Shown: positions 47,453 to 61,014, counted from the stretch's first letter. The stretch is 64,000 nt of DNA from Parasitella parasitica NRRL 2501 (GCA_025201805.1 MU619271.1:166167-230166); one strand, 5' to 3'. Numbers and translations are program-made. Notes: a model not told the origin generated them from the sequence alone.

Positions 47453-49752
47453 AGAAGGGGATACAAATAGGAGAGCAATGTACCTGATGAAACGGATTTG
47501 GACGAGATCGAACTAGCTAGACCACCCGCTGGTTTGCCGTTATTTGTGGTTGTACTGGAAGAGGTTGGTGTTGTTGTTGCTGTCGTTGTTGCTGAAGATG
47601 TAGAGGTGGACGTAGATGTGTTTTTGCGTAAAGTGTTTTCATCCGTGCTTTTATTGGATCTGCTGGATTGGACTTTTGGCGTACTCGATACGGCTGAACT
47701 TGATTTAGGCTTTCGCAAATGCCGTTGCTGCTGCTGCTGCTGCTGCTGTTGTTGTTGTTTGATTCTTGAAGTCATTGTTGTGTTCTTGCTAGTCTTGTAA
47801 AGATTATCATCGTCTGAAGCATCGTTTCGCCTTGTGGCTGTAGCAATTTTTTGCTTTGGAGCAGACATTGGAGCTATTCCTGCGGTGACACTCCCGTTTG
47901 CTGGTAGCGGGATACGGGTGGGAGTTTTCGCAATAGTGCGAGTATGCTTATGAACAGTAGGAATGTTCAATGGTTCTACCTTCATTGGTGGAAGTGATAA
48001 TGGAGCAATAGAAGGCTGTAGAGTAAGGTTTCCTGGCAATGTCTTTTTTGAAAATCAACGTAAATATGGGGATTAATATATATGTATATACTCCCTTTTT
48101 AATTACATGTTATCTAGCGCACTTACTTTCCCCCTTTTTCGCCTAGCCACAGTCGGTGTACTGGATTTTGATAGAGTCAATGTTTCTTTTGATTTTCTGA
48201 TGTTACTACTGGTCGACGTATTGGATTTTGTGATGCTCAGCTTCACCTTCCTCTTTGCTGAAAGTTCCTCTGTACTGTTGCTGCTTTCGCCTCGATGTGC
48301 CCTTGAATGTATTGTAGACGAAGTTTTCTTGATGCTGTTCATATAATCATCTACCGACCTGATTTCATTCTCTTCCTTAGCCTCCACAGAATCCTGCTGC
48401 TGTCTAACAGCCACATGGTTTTGCCTTTGGCGTTGTTGCAGCGATGCTAATGTACTTAGCTTCCTTGATCTACTAGCTGTTGCGATGCCGCTCTGCTTAT
48501 CTCTTTGTTGATCCATCAGAGACGATGATGACGAAGACGAAATAGATGGCGAGCTAGGTGTTGCTTGCGAACGATTGAGATGACTTCGTGGTGCTTTTCT
48601 TAGAATCGACGAAGTAGAACCACGTGGTGTTGTACTCGCACTGATTCTCGGTGATTCGATTTTGGGAGATGCACTTGAGATAGATGACCGTGTCGCAGTG
48701 ATGCCTGAGGGCTCATCTTTTTTGTTTCTCCAGTCATTTGATGTCGGTATTATGCTTGAGATGGTCTTTCGTTGGCTTGGTAGCATTGAGGAGGAAGATG
48801 GCGATGTTAGCGGATGTGCAAGATCTGCCAATGAGAAAGATGAAGTGGATTTTTTTGAAAAGGAAGGCTCGTTCGATGGTGCTTTTGACGAGAGTAATGT
48901 GGTGGTATCTAGTTTTTTGTAATGTGTATCTTTTTCAAACATGTTGCGTAATCGAAGGTATGAAGCTGAAGGGCTTTTTTCCCCATTTTCAATTTGATTG
49001 GTTTTGTTAGTTGTAGTTACAGGAGAGACAGAGGTAGTTAGTATCCCAAAGTTGTGATCAAAAGATCCTGCACTGTCGTAATTTGCAGTTATGATTCTGT
49101 GCATACTGCTACTACTGCTGCTGCTGCTGCTATTGTTGATGTTGTTGTTGTTGTTGTTGTTATTGTTATTGTTGTTGTTATTTTCTAGTATTTCTTTCCA
49201 CCTATCCATGTCGCCATTCCTTTTCTTGGATGGAGATGGAGAGGATGAATCTTGAGAGCTAGTTTCCAACTTTTGGTTTCGCAGTCGATAACTAGCTAAT
49301 CTTTTTGCCGATGCAGCAATTAGGCCTTCCAAGTCTTCGAGCGTGGCATCACCCAAATCAACTTTATGATGAGTACTTCCATTGGATGTCTGTCTGCTTC
49401 GAGGAGTAGATGACGGTGACGAAGGTGAGGATGCATTAGACAACGGGTATAAATTCTCTTTATCTTCTGATTGAGTCAGTAGACGAGATGATGTCGTTAT
49501 TAGGTTTTTTTTACGTTGATTCCAGTTTGCTGTTTCCGTAACTTGCTCCTCTAACTCTTTCAATTGACGCATTCTTTCTGCTTGTATTTGTTTTCTTTTA
49601 GTGGTATATGATGATTGAACTTTGTCCCACGGTTCCTGGGATAATGATAAAGATGAAGTTGATGCTGATGCCGAAGCCGTTACTTTCGGCTGCTGCAAAG
49701 ATGCTGTTCCTGAATCAAAGTCAGTCTTAACATACAACTTTTGCGAGGACAT
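45790..49752 (-). CDS. DYRK-family dual-specificity kinase (class 2, Pom1/DYRK2-like) with a very long low-complexity N-terminus, multi-exon
   Basis: [11 protein letters not shown] (DH box), [23 protein letters not shown]|[23 protein letters not shown]; upstream exons 49752-48128 and about 48042-47484 are joined by GT-AG introns. Confidence 0.93.
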
Positions 49753-51692
49753 TATAAGACTTTGATACAGTGGTATAGAAATAAAAGGAAACGTATTATA
49801 GTAAACCCTGTTATTTTCAACAAAACGAGAGGCCAGTTTAGAATATGGGTAATAATTAAGGTGTAAATAAAAATAAAAAAAAAAACAAAAAACAACTTGC
49901 CTTGTTGATTGAAGGTTGAAATTGGTTGCTATAATTACTACTTCTTGGTATGATTTTATGGATGCTGTTTATAAAAGGTCCATGTCCAGAGTTAAATTGA
50001 GAATTTTTTTGTTGTATGTTGAGTAATTGAAAGGATTGTAGCAGAAGAAAAGAGGAAAAGGAGAAGTATTACGACCCAAACTTGCCTCTGGCTTTTAAAC
50101 GAGCACGCTTCTTTTTGCACCTTCAACAAGTGTAACGAACATATAATCCAATCAAACAGTATTATGGAAAGTAAAGGAGATCAAAGTAGAAATAATGCCG
50201 AACAATCAATCTTTGCATGGTTACATTACGTGATGAAGATTCATGTTGGCTTATGTTTACATTTAAACATCTTTTTAAGTTTTCCATAAAAAGTAACTTT
50301 AATTTAAGGAGTCTGAGCGTTGAGTTTACGCAAGCACCGTCTTTTTCAAGAAAATGAGAAGAGGTTTCAGTTTAATCAAATTATTGAGAAAACGTAATGA
50401 ATATCTAATGAAAAAAGCTATATTAGCAGGAAAACTGACAAGAGGGTTTATTCCCGTGGTGCTTTGAAATGCATGTAAAACGGAGTATAGTTCAATCCAC
50501 CTCCTATGGATCTCATACATTTTATCCCCCATTTGAATGAAATATTATGAGCCCAAATGAAGGAGGCTGTACTTTTGCCTTGATTTCCTGAAACGTTTCA
50601 AAAAAACAACAACCCAACGTGTCTTATTTAACCCGATAGCACACAAACTTGTACACTAAATCAAAATTGATACTAGACAGTTTATTTAAAATTTTAGTAA
50701 ATTCCTTAAAAACAAAACCTCAGTTCTTTGTATGTATTTTGAAATCTCATAATATGCGACTGCACTAACGCGAGAGTGTCGAGATAAAATCCATGTTTTT
50801 GCGAAAAAGTATACGTAGTAAAGTAATATAGCGATGTCAAAATGTAAATTAACAAGTATGAGAGAAGACGTAATATAATCATTGAATGCACAAATACAGA
50901 TTATCAAGCATTGAAATGTGTTTACCGATTGGTAGCGAGCATAAACAACATGAGAAAATCATGAGAAACATTTTTCAGCAAAAACTTTTATGTTTGAGCG
51001 TAACAGGAAGTTTGATTTTGGATTTTGCAAATCATTGATTTCAGTTTACACCGAATTGCAATTTTTTGACATAATGAGAGACAAATGTTGGCATTTTGCA
51101 TTTTTACTGCTTTACTGCTCTGCTGATTTAAAAGAAACAAAAAATTTATACAAGTTATATGGACGATTTATTTAAGACAAGATACTTTAAAAGTCTGAAT
51201 GACACAGATTCTATATCCACTGTAACTGACTCAATTTTCTATACTTAGCATCATATAGGATATAGGCTAGAGATGGCACTATTAGCATGGATGACGCCAT
51301 CTCGACATGAGCTTTAGACATTTACCAGATTTAGTATGTGCTACGAGCTTCTACCATATAAGATCTATGCTTCAGATGTGTAGTCCCTGTTTTCAGATAC
51401 TCATCACTACAAGACATATACTTAAATCCATGATATTAGCTACAGATACTTTATGTACTACAGACTTGTGCAATATGTGCAATGCTATAGATATGCTTAT
51501 GACATGCTATAGACATGCTACATATACCGATATATGCTAAGATGAATACCAAGTGATATACACTCAGACATGTACTATTAGTATAGACTAAATAAGACAA
51601 TGTTTTACTAAAAATAATATACGCTTACAGAGCAATATTAATTGATCATTAAACCTCGGATAAAGTATCTACTCAGTCCTCAGATAGTTCTA

Positions 51693-51749
51693 AATTATCT
51701 TTCGTCTGCTGATGAGATGTCGTTTAGGACGAAATTAAAGACGATAATT
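51693..51749 (+). ncRNA. Degenerate type-I hammerhead ribozyme-like motif
   Basis: AATTATC-tttc-GTCT-g-CTGATGA-gat-GTC-gtttag-GAC-GAAA-tta-a-AGAC-GATAATT: both core boxes plus a bulged stem I; 3-nt insertion before stem II, almost no stem III. Confidence 0.3.
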
Positions 51750-52260
51750 AATCAGAATTGCTGTAAATATTAATTTATAAATATAGAAAATTTATTCATA
51801 GCTTATGTGTATAAAGTTTCCTCAACATGGCCAGTAGATGAATTAGAACATACCTTTCTCAAGTCGACATTTACTGATTTTTTTATTCTAAATTTTTTCA
51901 GTGAATCTGTATCCATTCCACGATTCGTATTGAGATATACGACTTTTGTACTGATTTGAAATCTGGTTTTAAGATGATGATCATTAATGATAAATCACAT
52001 ATTATTACAACTTCAATTTCGGCTTCACCACGATACTAAACCGAAAAACGTTTTTGCGGATAACTTTTGATAGAGACATCGGCCAGTGGAAAGCAAGTTA
52101 TGCTCAGATAGCGATGATCATGCTTGTTTTCATGATGTATAAAACAGTCTTTATTTTGCTGTTTATAGCATCATCCATCCCAATGGTGCCATCTCTTTCC
52201 TATATATCTTACACAATAGCATTAACCTGTACTGTACATCATATTAACTGTGCACATTTA

Positions 52261-52719
52261 TGTTGTGCCAGTGCCAAAGGCGCAGCGAAAAGCTTTGTCA
52301 ATGTTATATGAAAGAAGTAATAAAGACTTTTTCTGAATAAAACCAGATACAAAACTGAAGACTTTTATTGACATAAGATTTGGTCTCTATTCATACTAAA
52401 ATACATCCTCTCAATCAATATTTATCCACATAACATCTGACATTTGACAAGAAGTGTTTAACCTTATTAAATCACAGCATTTCCAGGGCAGACCTATTCT
52501 TCTATTTTACATTAAAGAGAAGATTGGGTAGGATGTCGTCCCGACATCCCGCAATCTGATCTAGATATATTCTTTGAATAAGCCCGGAACCTTGCAAGAG
52601 GTCCAATTACAACTTGTAGCTTATTCGTTATTTGTAAAAGAATTACACATAATAATTAATATCATGATCCGTGGTACATTATAGCTAAGGTAGTATTGAC
52701 ATATGTAGCCTTTATATGG
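52261..52719 (+). repeat. Dispersed repeat B, copy 2
   Basis: Direct repeat of 5199-5628; contains the perfect hairpin GGATGTCG-tcc-CGACATCC at 52531-52549. Confidence 0.85.
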
Positions 52720-53601
52720 ATACTACAATCTGTATTCTACTTCGATCTAATGAAACCGATTGAATCCAGAAGTGGAATGCAGACCATTTTAGTAGATGTA
52801 TTTCACAGTGTCAAGATTCGACCTCCATATAAGAGGCATAACTTGACTACCCTTACGCTACCGTCTCAGATCAAACTGCATACGAAGCATTTTAACTTGA
52901 TGTAAAAAATGAAATCTGAGCATAATTTTTTCGTATTGACATTATTTCTCTTTTCTAATGAACCAATATTAAATGGTGAGGTTCCTGTGAAATTACTAGT
53001 ATAAAAAAATATAAAAAATACTTTTTACAACTGTTATTTATTTATTTTTTAGATGAGAATCATCAAAATATCAATTAAAAACTATCTTTTTATACTAGTT
53101 TTCCAAAGATAAATGATTGTAGATATGAACCTAAACTATATTGGATTATTCATCCAGGACTTCTTGGCAGCAGGGAATGAGAGAGAGATTTAATGGCATA
53201 TTTGACGAGTGTTGAGGTTGCTTCTATTCATTCTTGATATTGGATTACGCCTTCTTAAATTCATGCTAGTCTGGTCTTGATGATTGTGGTCTTCGTGGAA
53301 TATTCTTAAATAATTTGAAGTTCATATTCATAATATCTAAGGGTATTCTTTTTATGCGATAACTCCTGTTTATAATGATCTAAAACAGTTCCTATGTTTT
53401 TTAGGTATTGTACATGTTGTATTGAACTTATAAAGTGTATAAGTTATATGAATACATATCTCAAAGATCCACGCAAATCCAATATCATCAGTCAGTTACT
53501 GTTACAAATGAAAATGGAAATAAGGGTTTTATATAGGAAATGCGATATGTGGTATGTTTCAATAATTACACAAGATAATATAAGTGATGTCTTTTCAATA
53601 A

Positions 53602-55438
53602 TTACAGTAGATAAATAAAATTTTGGTCCTGGACATCACTTATATCGTCTTGTGTTATTGAGTTTGTAGCTGCCATAGTTGCAGCCGATGTATGAGCTAA
53701 TAAAAGCAAGCGACGACGGTTCACCACAGACATTCTCCAACGAGCAATTAATAACAGCAAAACGACAAAGCAGTTGGCGATCAAATAACCTAGCATGCCA
53801 GCAACGTAAGGAGGTGTAACCATCATCAATGGCCCAACAAAATTTCCAACCGCGTAAAAAATCATCAATACACCATTATAAAATATTTTCTTGGTGTATC
53901 CTGTAACATTGTTTGAGATAGAGGTAATTAAAAGAACATACACGCTACAGTAAGACCACGCCATATAAAACCCAAGCAATTTGGCTCGCGTAACAGGAAT
54001 CACTAAGAGTAAAATCATACCCACAATGTTAGTGACCATCAAAGCACAAGCGGAATAGATGGTTTGCTGAGTCTTTTGTACAAGAAGCACACCAATTGCA
54101 ATGAACAAAATGGTGGAACCGCCTGCTCCTGCGGTGAGTAGCATCGATTGCAATTGCTGTATACGGTGGTTCAAGTTAGCTCAGGAATACACTGGATTTT
54201 TATCTGCTGATTACTTACGTCAAAGCCAAAGCTAGCAGTAATTTGGCCATTATAGATTGTCATTGCACCGTTTTGAAGATTAATCAGTAGACATGCTATA
54301 GCGAAACACCAGAACCTGACTTCTTTGATAGCTTCCCAGATCTGCTCAGTTTTGATTTCAGTTGTACGAACAGTTGCATTATCTCTCGTCCTCTCTTCTA
54401 CCAAGATTTCTTGCTCTACATTCAAGTTGAGAGCAGCTGCTTTTGGTGAATCGATCAAAAAAAAGAATGAAACGATACCCATGATCACAGTGACACCACC
54501 AAGAATAATCATGATCCTATATTATTATGATGATGAGCATATATCTATGCACATAATAAGTTGACAAATATGCATACCACTGCCATTCCTTTAATCCACC
54601 AGGGTTTCCGATGTGGCTAATGCCATAAGCAACAAATCCACCAATAATGAGAGCAAAACCATTACAGATCCAAAAGAATCCAAGGCGAGCGACTTGTTCC
54701 GACCTTCTGTAAAATGTACTAACAAGCAAGGTCAATGAAGGATATATACCAGCCTCAAAGAAACCTAAAAGAAATCTCATGGCAGCGAGCTGCGAAAAGT
54801 TTTTCCCAAATGCAGTGCAGATCAAGATAGTTCCCCACAGAACAACGATAATGCCAATATATCTTCCAACAGGAATACGTTGCAATAAGTAATTGTTGGG
54901 TATCTATGAATATTAGTTAGAGCATATGGTTACACCGTATTCGAAGCCTATATTAATTTTATATCATACCTGGAATACAAGATATCCTAGATAGAAAACA
55001 GATCCGAGCAGACTGAACTGGTTTCCAACCAAATTGACGTCTGTTTTGAATGTCATCAAAGCAGCATAATTGATGGTTGACTTATCTAAAAACTGTGTAT
55101 ATCTGCAGTTAACTAACATGCGTTTGTGGCAGGTAGCTGCTCAAGATTTGTACCTGTAAAAAGTTCAAAATGCAGATAAGCGGCATGATCATCCAATCAA
55201 TTCGACGGACCAAGGAATTTTCCACCTTGGTATAACCCCTTCCATTGGCATTATCTGATGAAACACTGTAAAAATCCTCTCGATTCCCGCTGTATTGCCA
55301 TTTCGGTTCATGTGCTTTTGAGTCTAATGTTTGTGCGTCTTCGAGTTGAACAATTGGGTTTCTGGCGTTATTGTAGTCTTGATAATTGAACGATTTAAAT
55401 TGATTGTTGATGTAATCAAAGTTATTGTTCGTAGCCAT
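53602..55438 (-). CDS. MFS transporter, anion:cation symporter (allantoate permease Dal5-like); introns 55093-55153, 54904-54969, 54517-54577, 54157-54218
   Basis: LVRRIDWMIMP, FLQ|FLDKSTINYA, LGSVFYLGYL, RFLLGFFEA, FYRRSEQVAR, NVTGYTKK, GNFVGP, D.SD.Q..NFIYLL. Confidence 0.93.
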
Positions 55439-56485
55439 GATTTTTTGGAAAAGTTTTTCTTTTCAAAAAAAAAAAAAAAAAAAAATGCAAAAGAGAAAAC
55501 CTAGGCCAACAAACTAAAATGTGGGTATATATGTTTATTTTTTCCCTAAGAGATAAAAAAAAATAAGAGAGGGGAGGATGTAGAGGCAATGATTATTTAT
55601 GCTTGATAAAGAGAGAGAAAAAGGGAAGAAAGAGTATCCGTTATTTTAAGAAACAGAGCGAAATGCACGGATACAGTAAAGATGATGGAGACTGAAATGT
55701 CTGTACTGTATACTCATATAGTTGGATAAATAAGATTCGCACGTCCCCACTAACTGCAGTTGATGGTAATTGTTAAAATACCCAAATTGATATCGTACCT
55801 AATGGACGCTTTTTTGTGCACCTTTATCTAATATGTTTAAACGGTATTCCAATGATCAAAATAAAACACTGAATTCTGCAGCCTTTCTTTTGAATATTTT
55901 ATTGTCAAATGTTGTTTTACTTGTTGATTGATTTGCATTTTATATTGTGATAAACAATGCGAGGCTTCTTTTTTTTTATGGCATGAGATAGAAAAATTTT
56001 ATCTAAAAAGTTTATATGGGTAAATGTGAAATTAAATGTTGTTGATTTCTGATATGATATGAGAGTAATAATATCTGCACAGAAGGAGATCTAAATTTGT
56101 TTTTGTATCCATTGCCTTTGAAGGAGGTGGAGAATAAATATTGTAGCTATCGATCCCCCTTGATTTCCCAAGGGACACCCCCATGCAGTGTATTGTACAA
56201 CAGCGAGACGGAACACAATATGTGATAATTATGTGTCTAAGCTAAATATGTTTAATCTCGGATCACAAAGGGTTGCATTTAAGAGTCAAGGTACCTGAAC
56301 GGACTTGATTTCCTTTCCTCACATGTGCATTGAATTAGGAACGACCGTTCCATGCTGACACAAAAATGACCATGTGCGACAGAGTTTTTTTTGGATATTA
56401 TAATATATGTAATTAAATGACATGTTATTTTCTTAAGTCTAATCGAAAATCTAATGGTAAAAAAAAAGAGGAATGCAAAGTAAGT

Positions 56486-58174
56486 TTAGAGACGATAAAT
56501 AAAGCTCTTGTTCTCCACATCAGTCATATCTGGAGCAACCTCCTCCATTTCAACAGAACCCGCCATACGTCTGCGATTCTCTTTTGCCATTTCCCAGCGT
56601 GCATAGATAAACAAGATAATGGTAGCAGCGTTGGCCACCATGCAACCAACCATACCACCGACAAACAATGGCGCTTGACTTTCTACCATAAAGAAGGGAC
56701 CAATGAAATTGCCAAATGTATAAAAAACCATGATAGAGCTGCTGTAAAAGACTTTTTTGGTATAGCCAGCAACGTTGTTTGCGACAGAAACGAGCAGTAA
56801 AACAAAACCAGCAGCATAAGCCCAAGTTAGATAAAGGCCCAAGAGTTTAGCCTTTGCAACTGGAATAACAACCAGTAACAAAATGCCAATAATGGCAGTG
56901 CATAAAAAGGCACATGCACCATAGAGTGTGTTGCCGTAGCGACGATTATACCACACTGCAACAACAATAAAGAAGCAATCGGTGATGCCGGATGGAATTG
57001 ACAATAAAATGGCACTCAGACTCTATATTGTTTTACATTTGTAAACCATATTAGTCCGGACCCAAATCTATCAATGTGCTACAAAAGTTGCACTTACGGT
57101 AAACCCAAACCCTTTGGTAATGATAGAGCTGTAGGTGTTAAGGACGCTGTTCTGGAAATTAATGAGCATGGAGCAAAGACAGAAAATGTAGAAGCGCGGC
57201 TCTTTGAGAGATTCATAGATATGGCTAATTTTGACTTGTCTGCTACGGACAACCGCGTTATCGCGCATGCGAGCATCAACGACCTTTTCTTCTTCAAGAG
57301 TTAAACCAAGGACACTGGCCTTTGGACTATCCACCATGAAGAAAAACGATATAATGCCAAAAAGAATGGTTACAGACCCGAGGATAATCATGATCCACTG
57401 CCATGCACGCAAACCACCCGCACCGTCCATGCTGCCGATGCCGTAGCCGATGAGACCACCAAAACCCAGAGCAATGCCGTTACAAATGTAAACTATGCCT
57501 ATGCGGCCTGCTTGTTCCTTACGACGGTAAAGAGAACTGATAAGTACGATACAGCATGGGTAGATGCCAGCTTCAAAGAACCCAAGCAAAAACCTTAGAG
57601 CAGCTAGTTGGGAGAAAGTATGGCCCAGAAAAGTCATGAGCAAGACTAGCCCCCAAAGAATAATGACAGAGCCAATGTATCTTTTTAGAGCCAATTTCTG
57701 AATCAAGATCATACTAGGGCCTTGGAACAGAAGATAGCCAAGATAGAATATGGAGCCTAGCCAGCTGAATTGCTTGAATGTCAAACTGGCTGTATCCATG
57801 ATACCGAGCACACCAGAGTAATTAAGAGCAGACTTGTCAAAAAACTACACCTTGGTGAATAAGCAAGACGTCTGTATAAACAGCGTTTTAACTTTTTTTT
57901 TTTTTTTTTTTTTTTTNNNNNNNNNNACCTGCAAAAAGTTGAGAATAGCAATATAAGGCATCACAAACCTGTAGTCGAGTTTACGCACTAATCTGATCTC
58001 GACTTCCGACATTGTAAAGTTGATTTGATTGCCATGCTCGTCATACTGCTCGTTGGAACTACCGGCCTTCTCATCTACATGAACAGACTGTCCCTCGAAA
58101 TGTACAGTTTTAGAGTCGCTCATTTCAGAACAGTTTTGACGAGCAGTAGTGTAGTCCTTAGTCTCTGCTTCCAT
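56486..58174 (-). CDS. MFS transporter, allantoate permease-like, tandem paralog; introns 57845-57928, 57023-57097
   Basis: LVRKLDYRFVMP, FFDKSALNY, WLGSIFYLGYL, RFLLGFFEA, YRRKEQAGR, NVAGYTKK, DMTDVENKSFIYRL. Confidence 0.93.
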
Positions 58175-58452
58175 TTTATAGGCTAAGAGAAGTAAGGAAA
58201 TAATTGGAAAGGGAAAAAAAAAAAGAAGGCCTGCAAGTTCAGACACTTTGATTTTAGATCGACTTTATATATATATAGACATTTGAATTACTTGTGTATT
58301 ACTGTGGGACGAAACGGCCAAGTGAGCCAGAAATGGACATGCTCGCTACAACCACTAACTTTGCTTCCACCAATGTGACGTAAATTAGAAAGCTTCAAAA
58401 TAGCTGCCTCGCTCGCAAAGGAAGATTTTTCCTCTTCTACTCGGCAACGACA

Positions 58453-59664
58453 ATGAGACCTTCTATACAGAGAATAGCAACTGCTTCTTTATTATTTAAA
58501 GCCTCTAAGCCCTTGTGGACAAGGTCGGCATACATAAAACCAGGCTGGGCATCGCACTTGCCTTTGTACTTTCATCAACAGCAACCTCTAATTGCTGAAA
58601 ACACTGCCAACGGTAGCAGCAGTTCACGCAATTTTTCGACAAGCCGTTCCGCTTCACTCATCAACACAGCATCAGCCATTGTGGAAGAAGACAACTCCAA
58701 ATCACAGAGCACAAACACATCGGAAAGATTTCAGTTTATCGCTTATGCCGCTTGGCACCCAAAGACCCGCCAGAAGGCACCACCAACCTCTAAAAAAGTG
58801 CCTTATTGGAAAGAAAATCAGAAGCCTGGCAAGGTCGATGCGGGAGAAGATGCGTTTTTTCAAACAAATACACCCGAGGGCCTTGCCATCGGTGTCGCTG
58901 ATGGCGTAGGTGGATGGAGCCTAGTTGGCGTTGACCCGGCTCTTTTCTCGTGGACGCTGATGGATAATGCAGCCGTCGTGGCAAAGAACGAAAAGTCGGT
59001 CGATGCGCACCAAATACTAGATTCAGCTTTCCATGAATTGAGAAGGGGCGGGAAAGTGGCTGCCGGAAGTAGCACTGCCTGCATTCTGAATCTATCGAAA
59101 TCGACAGGCGAAATGACGACATGTAATTTAGGGGATTCTGCATTTTTGCTTGTGCGCGATCAGAAAATCGTCTATGAAAGCCCAAGTCAACAGCATTACT
59201 TTAACTGCCCGTATGTTGATGCACGCTTTTACAGTTTAGTGTTTGAATAACACATTTTATATAGATATCAGCTGACGGTCGTACCCGATACTTATCCTAA
59301 CCGTGATGAATTGGTCACTGACATGCCCAAAGACGCCGACACAAAGAGCTTCTTTCTGAAGGACGGTGATTTGATCTTGCTGGCCACGGATGGCTACTTT
59401 GACAACATGTATTCCGAGGAAACGTTGGAGCTGATCAACCAAGGCATGGGCCCTATATTGAAGAGCAGCCAGGACGACGAGTTGGTTACTGCGACAATTA
59501 GAGGATTAGCAAAGACTTTGACAGATAGAGCTCGCCGTCTAAGTTTGAATCCTAAGCGTCTTAGTCCTTGGGCAAAGGCTGCGCAGGCACACGGAAGCAA
59601 TTATAGAGGCGGAAAGGTGGATGATATCACATGCATTGTAACTCTTGTTTGTCACAAGAAGTAG
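58453..59664 (+). CDS. PTC7: Mitochondrial PP2C phosphatase Ptc7; one intron at about 59212-59264
   Basis: Basic presequence-like N-terminus; GEDAFF, GVADGVGGW, GSSTAC, NLGDS, QQHYFNCPYQL, ATDGYFDN, GGKVDDIT. Confidence 0.95.
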
Positions 59665-59829
59665 GGGAGAGATCATAAGAGTGTTATTCTGTGTATAGTT
59701 TTATATTTAATTTTGTTGTAGCCTTTTTCAGTGCGTCCTGGTTTTTTTTTATTTTTATACCACATTAAATGTTGTAATTATTTTTTACTTGCATGTTCTT
59801 CTTTTCCCCTCTTTTAATAACTGCGCACA

Positions 59830-60162
59830 ATGACATCAAGTCAAAATACGAAAGACACATTTGCAAAGACAAATAGCAGCTCATCAGACTTTCAAGTCAG
59901 GAAGGATCAGCTGATCCAAGAGGCTCAAGCCGGTTTCGAACAAACGCACAATAGTCTTACATGTCTCAACAACAGCTTGCAAACCATGGGCGACATTGGC
60001 AACCAATTCAGTGTCGCTTCTCATTTATGGACCTCATTCCAAAACGCCATTAGCGATGATACGGATTATGAGCAAGAGATTTATAATAATGACAATAGCC
60101 TCTCGCTTATCAATTGTGTGGTAGAGAAGGCGTCTGACGAGGACGAACATGCTACCAAGTAA
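59830..60162 (+). CDS. DAD1: DASH/Dam1 complex subunit Dad1
   Basis: FQVRKDQLIQEAQAGFEQTHNSLTCLNNSLQTMGDIGNQFSVASHLWTSF matches the Dad1 pattern F...R..L..EI...E.....N.LNRSLE....VG.EF..V..LW..F. Confidence 0.8.
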   Translation: MTSSQNTKDTFAKTNSSSSDFQVRKDQLIQEAQAGFEQTHNSLTCLNNSLQTMGDIGNQFSVASHLWTSFQNAISDDTDYEQEIYNNDNSLSLINCVVEKASDEDEHATK

Positions 60163-60616
60163 ATTTCTTTTTTTTTTTTTTTTTTTTTTTTTTTTGCATG
60201 ATAATACAGCACAGCACAATGGTCAGTTAAAGCTGAAGAAATATGGCAATATTGACAGTGATAAAAAATTGGCAAGAAGTGATCTAAACTTGCTGGCTGA
60301 AGTTGTACTATGAAGAGGTAGAAAGCATTCATAGGTATCTTTGATTTTGTTTATGCATTTTAAAATGAAAATTACAAAACTGTTTACAATAAAATAACTT
60401 CTTTTCATAGTTGTATCCATATTCTTAAAATGATGAGTAGTTATGAGTTATTTTACGGACACAGGAAATTACAGCTTATTGTAATATTTGTGGCTTACGA
60501 ACGATATAAGAATTATGATGCAATAACAATTATACAGCAGTGTTTAGATAAAAAGGATAATGTGAAAATCAATAATTTTTGAAAAGAAGAAAGTCTTGAC
60601 TGATGATTTTATTTTT

Positions 60617-61014
60617 TCAGTAAATCTCTTCTTCTGTTAAGCATTTAGGGAAAAAAACTTATACTATGTTCAACCCAACCATGGCAGTTTTCTTGAGCTA
60701 TTTTGTGGCTGCATTCCCCAATGTATTTTACCAGCTCTGCTGTTGTAAGCCCAGGCTTTCTTTTAACGAGCCCTTTTAGCTTAGAAAAGCACTCCTCAAT
60801 TGGATTGAGGAATGGACTATAGGCGGGCAAAAAATGGACATGGTGGCGAGTACTCTCAATATACTTCCTCACCTTGGGAGCCGTGTGAATTCTAGCATTA
60901 TCCATAATGAAATAATGCGGAGGAGCATTGTCGCTGTCAATACTTGCAATGATTTGTTTGATAAAATCAATGAAGATCTCGGCGGTAGTGCCTCCAGGAA
61001 CATGCTTCATGGAT
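60617..61014 (-). mobile_element. Tc1/mariner DD34E transposase C-terminal fragment, truncated by the assembly gap
   Basis: GGTTAEIFIDF..FIMDNARIH..FLPAYSPFLNPIEECFSKLKGLVKRKPGL (D-x34-E), same subfamily as 1292-1966; removing one base from the homopolymer near 60650 gives the ending FFPKCLTEEEIY*. Confidence 0.88.

Noticed and set aside
50304-50709. TTAAGG...CCTTAA as possible Kolobok/piggyBac-like ends
   Set aside because: The inverted match does not extend beyond about 7 bp.
52531-52564. Hairpin followed by CTAG, resembling a Helitron 3' terminus (also at about 5446-5480)
   Set aside because: Homology between the two copies continues about 150 bp beyond CTAG, and CTAG is followed by A rather than T, so it is not a terminus.
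34219-60162. SPC19 and DAD1 as a kinetochore gene cluster
   Set aside because: They are 24 kb apart with about ten unrelated genes between them; co-location is plausibly chance.
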